DNA from: Chloroflexota bacterium
Lineage (GTDB): Bacteria > Chloroflexota > Anaerolineae > Caldilineales > Caldilineaceae
Assembly (NCBI GenBank): GCA_039028975.1
Contig: JBCCHB010000104.1
Coordinates: forward strand, 1-60,392
Length of the DNA: 60,392 nucleotides
Direction: 5' to 3'
The translations under genes and the position numbers were made by a program. A model generated the notes under the pieces. It searched no databases. It was not told where the DNA came from and worked only from the letters and a program-made list of their open reading frames with translations. Positions 8,655-16,737 of this stretch are shown one piece after another. Numbering within the stretch: the stretch's first letter is position 1; each line of letters starts with the position of its first letter.

Positions 8655-10040
8655 ATGGACAGTTTCGGCAATCAAGAATTGTTATATTTTAATGGCATTA
8701 ATGGTTTTACTGGTGAATATGGATTACCACCCATGTCATACGAAGAATTTGGGGAATTTATACGAAATGAACGGCCACCTCAAAATTTGGGCGACCTTAA
8801 GTTGCGACGTCAGTTAATTGCCAAAGAGAACCTTTATACAAAGGAAGGGGTAGATCCTAAAAAATTATCAGAAGCAGGCTGGGGTATTATTTTTGCTCAT
8901 GACGGTGATCCAAAGATTAAGGAAGCCCTCACCCCCCTTCTTGACCTGCGTTCCCAACAGGCTGGACAATATTTCAAGATTTATGATGGGAACGATGGAT
9001 ACCGACCTAATGAAACAAAAACCAGATTTCTTGCTAGGCATGGAGGTGGCCCTGGCCCAGCAGATCCCGAAAAGGTTCCGTATTACCTGCTGATTGTCGG
9101 CACTCCAGAGGCTATACCCTATCAATTTCAATATTTATTGGATGTACAGTACGCTGTTGGCCGAATTAGTTTTGATACAGTACAAGAATATGAGAATTAT
9201 GCCAAGAGTGTAGTTGCTGCTGAAACAAATGGGATACGAGGTCCAGAACGTTGCTGTTTTTTTGGTACGTCCAACCAAGATGATCGAGCTACGAATTTCA
9301 GTGCAACTCACCTGGTTCAGCCTTTATACAAGGAATTTTCTGGAAATAATCCTACTTGGGAGTCTGAATCCTTCATAGGTACACGGGCTACCAAAACAAA
9401 GCTTAAAGAACTTCTTGGAGGAAAGCAGGCACCTGCCCTTTTGTTTACTGCTACTCACGGTATGGGATTCCCTAAAGAGCATTCTCTTCAGGCCAGCCAT
9501 CAAGGTGCTTTATTATGTCAAAATTGGCCAGGACCAAAAAAGTGGCAACAACCGATCCCACAAGATTTTTACTTTTCAGAAGATGATGTGATCAGTGATG
9601 CAAATATGCTTGGACTTATAATGTTTTGTTTTGCATGTTATTCGGCTGGTACCCCTCTCTATAATGATTTTGACCGAAATCAGAACGAGCCCATTGCGTC
9701 ATCTCCGTTTATTGCAGGTTTGCCAAAAAAAATTCTGGGGAATACAAGTGCTGCTTTAGCTTTTGTTGGTCACATAGAACGAGCTTGGTCATACTCATTT
9801 CTTTGGCCTGGTGTTGGCGAACACACTATTGTCTTTCAGGATGTATTGAAGCGCCTCATTGATGGTCATCCGATTGGATCGGCAATGGAGCCAATTAATC
9901 AACGTTATGCAGAACTTGCAACTGTCACAGATTATTTGAACTCCGAAGATATTGACGATAATATTGGCGTATGGACAGCAAAAAACGACTCGCGTAACTA
10001 TATTATCATCGGTGATCCTGCCGTGCGTGTATCTAGTTGA
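8655..10040 (+). CDS. Clan-CD (caspase/legumain/gingipain-like) cysteine peptidase homolog. The ORF track starts at a TTG at 8610; the ATG at 8655 has a GGGAGA RBS.
   Basis: Putative catalytic His in 'ALLFTATHGMGFP' and Cys in 'MFCFACYSAGTP', ~54 aa apart (HG ... AC.S.G, as in legumain 'DHG...EACESG'). N-terminal beta-strand-like 'YYLLIVGTPEAIP'. Confidence 0.55.
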   Translation: MDSFGNQELLYFNGINGFTGEYGLPPMSYEEFGEFIRNERPPQNLGDLKLRRQLIAKENLYTKEGVDPKKLSEAGWGIIFAHDGDPKIKEALTPLLDLRSQQAGQYFKIYDGNDGYRPNETKTRFLARHGGGPGPADPEKVPYYLLIVGTPEAIPYQFQYLLDVQYAVGRISFDTVQEYENYAKSVVAAETNGIRGPERCCFFGTSNQDDRATNFSATHLVQPLYKEFSGNNPTWESESFIGTRATKTKLKELLGGKQAPALLFTATHGMGFPKEHSLQASHQGALLCQNWPGPKKWQQPIPQDFYFSEDDVISDANMLGLIMFCFACYSAGTPLYNDFDRNQNEPIASSPFIAGLPKKILGNTSAALAFVGHIERAWSYSFLWPGVGEHTIVFQDVLKRLIDGHPIGSAMEPINQRYAELATVTDYLNSEDIDDNIGVWTAKNDSRNYIIIGDPAVRVSS

Positions 10041-10133
10041 GGTGTAACAGAGAATATGTCCACTTGCTCTGATTTGACACTGCAATCAACAGACCATGAC
10101 TGATATAAAGTAAAAATCTCACTCCTTACCAGT

Positions 10134-10664
10134 CTAATTTGGCGCAATCAGATCTGTTACATTGGCAATTGCGCAATTTATGGCATCGCTAGGCTTCAAA
10201 GTAGGATCATGGCAGACCAAATTAGTTAATTCCTCAAATAGAAGCCTGACACCAACCATGTCAATAGGAAGGTGATATGCAAAAATCTGGGAAGCCCCCG
10301 TTTTTTTACGAATATCATCAATTTCAGAGCGAAAATGTAAATCATCGCCACAAGAATTCAAGATGATGAATTGCCCTTTGAAATTATCATGTTGTTCGTT
10401 TAAATCCTTAAGTATGCCCTCATTCAAGCCAGAATTGTGCCCAGCAACGAATACAGTGTTAACTGATGCTTGAGCTAAAGCTTCGATATTTGGGTAAGTC
10501 TCTATTTTTTTTTCTTGTGCATATTTTTCGATTTGTATCCCTGCTTGTATTTGTCTATCATCCAATCTGCGCAAATCTATCCATACTGCCATATTCCATT
10601 TACCATCGGCTCCCATTAGAGGTTGTTCATTAATTAAGTTTCGAATCGTATCTGTGAGGACCAT
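10134..10664 (-). CDS. Minimal (176-aa) CHAT/caspase-like domain protein.
   Basis: 'TVFVAGHNSGLNEG' (His-Gly) and 'QFIILNSCGDD' (Cys), spaced as a caspase-fold dyad. AGGAGA RBS 8 nt upstream of the ATG. Contains an A10 tract (10504-10513). Confidence 0.5.
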   Translation of the reverse strand: MVLTDTIRNLINEQPLMGADGKWNMAVWIDLRRLDDRQIQAGIQIEKYAQEKKIETYPNIEALAQASVNTVFVAGHNSGLNEGILKDLNEQHDNFKGQFIILNSCGDDLHFRSEIDDIRKKTGASQIFAYHLPIDMVGVRLLFEELTNLVCHDPTLKPSDAINCAIANVTDLIAPN

Positions 10665-10696
10665 TTCTGATTCTTCTCCTAATTGTGTTCACTGAC

Positions 10697-12667
10697 TCAA
10701 ATCATAGTCATACTTTTATCTAACAACATCGATATATACGAAAGCCCAGTCTGTAGCGCACGTAGATTATCTTTCTGAATATCAGTTAAATCGTCCCTTC
10801 CTAAAGTAGAATTTATTGCCTCATGGAGTAAGGGTGAAAAACCTTTACTGATTGCTTCGTCTGACTTAGCAAGCTCAATAAATTCATCAAGCACAATTTC
10901 TAGGGTCTCCAGCATCACCATCCCATCATATGCGAAAACGCCGCGGACTCCAGTGCTAGTAATGAACGAACTATCGAAGCGGCGTTGTTCATCATGATCC
11001 ACTGCTAGTATTGCTACATAACATTCCTGAAGGTGTTCAACACTAGTCGCTATAGGCAAGGATGATCTAGAATTTGTATCGAAGGGGGGGATAAAGTCAC
11101 TTTGTTGATTTGCTGAAATATAAAGAGCATTGGAACATCCATCCTCATCGAATTTATTTTGTGTAACAATCCCATTATTATCAGCTAGAGACTTTAGCTG
11201 CGCCAGGCGTTCTGAACTTGCAGGGCCGAATGAATCTTCATCAATTATCAGCGTCAGATTCCAGTTCCCATTGTTGTCCAATACAGGACGTTGGCCCTCA
11301 AGATTAGCTAGTGCAATTATTGGATCATCATCTAGTGAAACATTTTTGACGCCTCGAGTTTTCGCAATCATAGCTAATCCATGCGCGATTCCACGTCGAA
11401 GTTCTCGCTCTGCCTTGTTCGATGTTAGCCCGGTAACGAAAACTAGATTTTCTTGTTTCTCGGAGAATAGAAATTCAAAAACATCTGTAAAGTCAGGAAA
11501 CTCATATTGTAATTCCAGGTTGTAAAGATGTTGTAGACAATAATCTCCGACCGCACATTTTATTTCGACATTTAGATCTGTTAGAGATATACCCTCAAAA
11601 ACCCTAAATTCTCGCCCACGTTGTACTAACAAATACCCATTTAACTCATCGACATAAATAGCGGGGTACCCCTTCATTGTCATGGCCGCAACGCCCAGTC
11701 GATTTCGCAGCCAGTAATCAATTGAAAACGATTTTCCCATAAATGCCCACATGCCATTTGCATTTGTCTTACCTATAGCATCAAGGAAGTTTAGTATTTG
11801 TTGAGCGCCTATATTATCATCGTTAGCGAAGAACGTCCGTCCAAATTCCGATACTGCATCAAATTCTACGTCAATAATTTCACCTTTTTTTGTATGCCAG
11901 AGCGTGAGTTTATCGCCCCACTCTGTTGTACCAGGTGTAACGTCAGTACCATTTTCCCATAATGCGTGGAAAAATTTTTCCTCTGAGCCAACTTCATAAT
12001 TTAATGCACGATTGTTGTAGCCAAATATGTCTAGGTCTGACAGATAGAGTTCTGGTAATGATTTTCTTTGTGTTGGTGTTAGGCTCAGAAGATTTAGAAG
12101 AAGAAATGTTTCTATTTCGTTCCCAGAAAGTTCTTGATAATTTGCTTGACCTCCCCCCCGTAGCTCAAGCAAATTATCAAGAGCTTCCAGGTCTCCAGAA
12201 CTTATACGGGGCCTAAGTAGCTCATACGCATGAGCTATATCTTCATCTACCCAAAAAGGTTGTGGGTAAGCGCTATTAGGTGAGAAAAAATCGTATTCAC
12301 TAATATCGTATTCGCTAATATACATGTCAACTAGCACTACTCTTTTGGTCGTATCATATCTTACACTGTTATCTAGTTGTGATTGTAAAAGTTGTTCCAA
12401 AGCCCTTGAGGTTCCAGTTCTTGCACTAAGGTTGACTAACTCTGGAGATAATCCATTAACCGTAAAAGAGCGACCACCATAGGTAATCATATTACCTGCT
12501 ACCGACCCTCCAACCACCCTAGTACCGGAAGATATTGTCCGTAAAATTTGTCGAATCAGGGAAGCTTGTTGGGTAGGCGATGCGTAAGCAGGTGCAAAAA
12601 AAATTACTGTCAAAATTAAGGTGATGCTAATTATTGTAATTCGTAGGAAATATCTCAACATTATCAC
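10697..12667 (-). CDS. Large secreted protein (656 aa) of unknown function with an N-terminal signal peptide. Operonic with the 176-aa CHAT-like gene.
   Basis: 'MIMLRYFLRITIISITLILTVIFFAPAYASPTQQ' (signal peptide, A-Y-A|S cleavage-like). 32-nt gap to the downstream gene. In-frame 15-bp tandem duplication (ISEYDISEYD) at 12291-12320. Confidence 0.6.
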   Translation of the reverse strand: MIMLRYFLRITIISITLILTVIFFAPAYASPTQQASLIRQILRTISSGTRVVGGSVAGNMITYGGRSFTVNGLSPELVNLSARTGTSRALEQLLQSQLDNSVRYDTTKRVVLVDMYISEYDISEYDFFSPNSAYPQPFWVDEDIAHAYELLRPRISSGDLEALDNLLELRGGGQANYQELSGNEIETFLLLNLLSLTPTQRKSLPELYLSDLDIFGYNNRALNYEVGSEEKFFHALWENGTDVTPGTTEWGDKLTLWHTKKGEIIDVEFDAVSEFGRTFFANDDNIGAQQILNFLDAIGKTNANGMWAFMGKSFSIDYWLRNRLGVAAMTMKGYPAIYVDELNGYLLVQRGREFRVFEGISLTDLNVEIKCAVGDYCLQHLYNLELQYEFPDFTDVFEFLFSEKQENLVFVTGLTSNKAERELRRGIAHGLAMIAKTRGVKNVSLDDDPIIALANLEGQRPVLDNNGNWNLTLIIDEDSFGPASSERLAQLKSLADNNGIVTQNKFDEDGCSNALYISANQQSDFIPPFDTNSRSSLPIATSVEHLQECYVAILAVDHDEQRRFDSSFITSTGVRGVFAYDGMVMLETLEIVLDEFIELAKSDEAISKGFSPLLHEAINSTLGRDDLTDIQKDNLRALQTGLSYISMLLDKSMTMI

Positions 12668-13629
12668 TTCCTTATTATTTTACTGAGGAAAATAAAATTA
12701 ATAAATCAAACTGCGTCTCATCGAACGATTGTTAAACAATCCCCTATGTGTGTTGGGTTACTCTTCCTAATTGATTTTATCATATGAAACCTTCCGGGTA
12801 ATTCTGTAAGTTGTTGGTCGCGCACAATGATTGAGGAAGACAATACAAGGTGTGCTGAGAGTGTTCCTAGTGGCTGATAACACCCATATGACAGATAGTC
12901 GTATGAAGACATTTACACTGAAACTAATCAGAAGATTGTTATTGTACGAGTGCTTAGATTTGGGCAAGCATTTGTCGGTTGCTTTCTAACCCCAGGTCCT
13001 GGACGTTTTATTTTAATTCCACAACAATGATCATTTGTTCCTCAGCGTTTACCGTTTTTGCGATGTTGAATCGCTCAATATGGTATTTCAGTTGGTAATT
13101 GCTTCATTTTTGCAAACTATTTGTACCAAAAGTAACCCTTCAGCCACCCTAAAATTAAATCGATATAAAGTCTAATAAGAATCAGTAGATCGCAATCCAA
13201 CCTCTTCACGAGGTGGCGGAGTCGAGATTCTTCGCTAGGCATGTACCGAATAGCTTGGTAACCCAAGCCATAACACGGTTTTGTCTCACGGAAATAGTGG
13301 TGGCTCAGAATGATATTGCGATCTACTAAGTATAGTATCTATAGACGTAAAAGCCTGTCTATTTCTTTCACAAAGGACTTCCTGTCGTAACAGGCTCAAC
13401 TGGCACGTAGTAAATACTGAAGTGCGTTTCGTGAGAATGCTATCGATAGGACCAGCGGGCTTAGATGGACAGAAGCCTACACTTTTAGATTTGTTTTGAG
13501 GGTTGAAAGCGTAGGTTCTTGTTCGAATCGGCTTAGGAGTCCTTCGTCGGTGAAGTATGTGCCATTGGGTAGCACATGCTTGTATGGGAGTAGCGAGATG
13601 TGTGACAGGTTTTCATCGTCGGTGGTTTC

Positions 13630-13896
13630 TCACCGCTGCCGCAAGTTTTCAACGATGCTGTCTATTTTGATGGTGTTCCAGTAGAGTACGGCGTTGGAAA
13701 CAAGGCTGAGACAACTGGCCTTGTTCATGATTTCTTCGTAATTTCCGGTCGTGAACTCTACCTGGTCTGCAAAGAAAATCCGCTGTGGTAATTTATGACG
13801 ATACTCTCCTTTGTTGAGCTGTAGCTGGACGGTTCGACGTAAATCCGGATCGGTGAGATAGCGCAGAATATATTCTGTTTTGATGATACGCCCCAA
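13630..13896 (-). pseudogene. Tn3-family transposase (TnpA) C-terminal fragment. Remnant only.
   Basis: 'GEYRHKLPQRIFFADQVEFTTGNYEEIMNKASCLSLVSNAVLYWNTIKI' matches the conserved C-terminal region of Tn3 TnpA. No upstream continuation of the frame. Confidence 0.75.
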
Positions 13897-14003
13897 ATGA
13901 GTGAATGCTTTAGATAGACGGTCTGATGGGTAACTGCTGGTTAGGCGCTGTACGATAACATGAACAGGAGCAGTTCGTTGTTCCAGCGAGGTTATGGTTG
14001 ATA

Positions 14004-14237
14004 TTAGATGTCTTCCTTTTCGGAGGCTATCCTCAGTGATTTATCAAGCGTGGCTACCTGAAATTGACGCCGCAAAGCCAATTCTAGGTAACAGGCATCG
14101 TAGGTTGTCAGACGGTAGGTAGTCATCACGGGGACCATACGCTCGATCTCCGGGGGGGTGGCCGCCTCCGTGTCAATAGTCAAGGTCAAACATCCGATTG
14201 GCTTCAAAGGCTCCGATTTCCTGCACCGTGCTCCCAT
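14004..14237 (-). pseudogene. PIN-domain (VapC-like) toxin C-terminal fragment.
   Basis: 'TYDACYLELALRRQFQVATLDKSLRIA' resembles a VapC C-terminus. The N-terminal half is missing or frameshifted. Confidence 0.5.
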
Positions 14238-14478
14238 TCATCTGGACATCCAGACTACTGTAGCAGAATGGTGGAAAGAAAGAGATTCTTTCTGCCCTAT
14301 GAAACTTTATGGATCATACTGTTTCAACTTTCTGCATTCTCTGTCCCTCAACGGCTCATCACCATACATGATCAATGGGCTGATTTTTGACAGGATTTAT
14401 AGGTTCTCATGATGGATCGATGGCGACATCTTTCCATGAAATCCTGTCCCATCCTGACTTGCATGAAACGTTAGATAG

Positions 14479-14730
14479 TTGTATTGTTTCACTATGCGGT
14501 ATGACACCGAAAAATGGCAGGCCAAACGGTGGGAAACGGAGCGCCGTTACTACGTGGCCGAACTGCGTCAGGATCTGTTTGGTGGCTGGTGTATTGAACG
14601 GCATTGGGGAGCACGTTACAGTCGGCAGGGAAATAGTCTGACCATCTCTGCAAACGACTACGTTCATGCGCTTGAGCTGCTTGAGGAGGTTGCCAAACGG
14701 AGACAGCTTCGGGGGTACGCCCATGCCTGA
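14479..14730 (+). CDS. WGR-domain protein.
   Basis: 'RRYYVAELRQDLFGGWCIERHWGARYSRQGNSL' matches the WGR-domain pattern (RyY.....DLFG.w.v...WGRiG..Gq). Confidence 0.6.
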   Translation: MYCFTMRYDTEKWQAKRWETERRYYVAELRQDLFGGWCIERHWGARYSRQGNSLTISANDYVHALELLEEVAKRRQLRGYAHA

Positions 14731-15301
14731 TGTCCTCCATGACCAGGAAGGCCACCGCAAATACCTCAATAAGGCCGAGCGGGAAGCTTTCTTAAAAGCA
14801 GCACTCGATGAAGAACGGGAACGGCGCACTTTCTGCGAGATGTTACATTACAGCGGTGCGCGGATTTCTGAAGTGCTGGCGATCACCGCAGGCCGCATCG
14901 ATCTCGACACGCATAGCGTCACGCTGGAAAGCCTCAAAAAGCGGCAGCGGGGTATTTTCCGCATTGTTCCCCTGCCTTCTTCTTTCGTCGAACGGCTCGA
15001 TTTGGTACATGGGATTAAACAGGCACAGAAAAAGGGTAAAGAGGAGGTGTGGCTTTGGACATGCAGCCGTACCACCGCATGGCGTATTGCCAAGGGTGTG
15101 ATGCAGCGGGCCGGAGTGATAAGCAGCGCCGCCACACCCAAAGGACTACGGCACGGTTTCGGTGTCGCAGGCGTTACCCATGAAGTGCCGCTCAATATGG
15201 TGCAGAAATGGCTCGGACATACCGACATCGCCACCACCGCCATCTACGCCAATGCCATTGGTGAAGAAGAACGGCAAATTGCACAGAGAATGTGGGAGTG
15301 A
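14666..15301 (+). CDS. Small tyrosine recombinase/integrase (catalytic domain only). Likely start is Met at ~14723.
   Basis: Catalytic-residue context 'ARISEVLAI' (Arg), 'HGLRHGFGV' (His-x-x-Arg), 'IATTAIYANA' (Tyr nucleophile). Confidence 0.75.
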   Translation: MRLSCLRRLPNGDSFGGTPMPDVLHDQEGHRKYLNKAEREAFLKAALDEERERRTFCEMLHYSGARISEVLAITAGRIDLDTHSVTLESLKKRQRGIFRIVPLPSSFVERLDLVHGIKQAQKKGKEEVWLWTCSRTTAWRIAKGVMQRAGVISSAATPKGLRHGFGVAGVTHEVPLNMVQKWLGHTDIATTAIYANAIGEEERQIAQRMWE

Positions 15302-15393
15302 AAACCCTCATCACCACGTCTTTAAATATTGTGAGGCATTAGAAAGATTTTATTCCATAAAAACGTTGTACAGTTTATTTGCAATTCTTACAT

Positions 15394-15583
15394 ACTCTAA
15401 TTGCTAACCTCTATTAGTGCTTTTGCTAGAGAAAGAAACTAGTTCGGCTTGTTATGTCAACTCCGCCTGATATGTGTGGAAAACACAGCATCAGGCATCC
15501 AAACAATTTACCGTCACGCACTGTATGCTGTGTGCCTTTTAAATTAGCCACTATATACATCCAGAGTAGGTTAGCAATTAGAG
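15394..15583. repeat. Perfect 16-bp inverted repeat (CTCTAATTGCTAACCT / AGGTTAGCAATTAGAG) separated by 158 bp, ~90 bp downstream of the integrase gene.
   Basis: Left arm 15394-15409; right arm 15568-15583 is its exact reverse complement. Confidence 0.5.
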
Positions 15584-15874
15584 TTACATATCTTAATACC
15601 AATTTTAAAAAATTACCCAACCTCTGACACATGTCGTTCAGGCTAAGAGGTTATATTATCAGAATACCCCTATGATGATGTTTGAATGATTATTAGATGA
15701 CCGTGAATGAATATTCAGCGGAAAGGATGCGCTGTAGGGGTTTGAAGTCCAACGGTACAAAAACGCGGGAAATAACTAAAACTTCAATGTTACCCCCTCT
15801 ACAATCTATCGGCTGTAAGTTGCATGGTATCAGAGTGGTTTTATTTCGCAGATATACGCCGATCTAAAAATTAA

Positions 15875-16636
15875 ATGTATACACAGCATCCAGTGTTCAT
15901 GCCCCCTGAAAACGATAGCGCTCGGATTTGGCGATATTTAGATTTCACAAAACTAGTGTCACTATTTGAATCACAATCGCTCTTCTTCGCTCGTACAGAC
16001 AAACTCGGTGATCCCTTTGAGGGATCTTGGCCACAAAAAAACTTGCGCGTGGTAAGAGATAACCTTCCCGATATTCCTGTTGACAAGCATGAAATCTATT
16101 TTATGGACGTGGCCAACATTAGCAATCTCTTGAAAAAGTGGGCAGAGTGCAATGCGATCAGTTGTTGGCATCTAAATGAGCAAGAATCCGCGGCAATGTG
16201 GAGACTATATCTTAAGAGTGATGAGGGAATTGCAATTCAATCGACATTTGCACGTCTTCGTGATTCGATAACCGATGACAGAACCGTTTACATTGGAACA
16301 GTCCGCTACATTGATTATGAGACAGATTGGTTTGATCCAATTAACCTTTACGAGGCTCTGCTACACAAAAGAAAAAGCTTTGAACATGAGAGAGAATTGA
16401 GGGCTGTTGTCACAGCAATATCAACCGGTCCAGAGGAAAGAGAAATCGACTTTAGCAAGTCAGAAATTACTGATGGAATCAAGATCGCTGTGAATGTTAA
16501 TATGCTGATTGAAAATATTTACGTAGCTCCTGATGCGCCAACATGGTTTACGGATCTCGTGAGTTCTATTGTCAACAGGTACAAATACAAGTTCAATGTC
16601 CAACAATCGAAGTTGTCTGAGAGACCAATCTACTAA
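15875..16636 (+). CDS. DUF2971-family protein (abortive-infection-associated family).
   Basis: 'IWRYLDFTKLVSLFESQSLFFARTDKLGDPFEG' matches the DUF2971 N-terminal signature (YrY.s...l..l....l.fs....fNDPfE). Confidence 0.55.
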   Translation: MYTQHPVFMPPENDSARIWRYLDFTKLVSLFESQSLFFARTDKLGDPFEGSWPQKNLRVVRDNLPDIPVDKHEIYFMDVANISNLLKKWAECNAISCWHLNEQESAAMWRLYLKSDEGIAIQSTFARLRDSITDDRTVYIGTVRYIDYETDWFDPINLYEALLHKRKSFEHERELRAVVTAISTGPEEREIDFSKSEITDGIKIAVNVNMLIENIYVAPDAPTWFTDLVSSIVNRYKYKFNVQQSKLSERPIY

Positions 16637-16737
16637 ACGAGAACGATCCGATATATACATGGCACCGCTTTCATTTTCAATGAATCATGTGTTTATGCTT
16701 TGTCCTGCACCTTGGGCGAGCTGTGCCAAACGCATAT

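Noticed and set aside
12291-12320. 15-bp tandem duplication TCGTATTC(A/G)CTAATA x2
   Set aside because: In-frame duplication inside the 656-aa CDS (encodes ISEYDISEYD). Not a regulatory repeat.
13500-13535. 'GTTCGAATC' T-loop-like motif suggesting a tRNA or tRNA fragment near the Tn3 remnant
   Set aside because: No flanking 5-bp T-stem, acceptor stem or anticodon arm can be folded. Judged a chance match.
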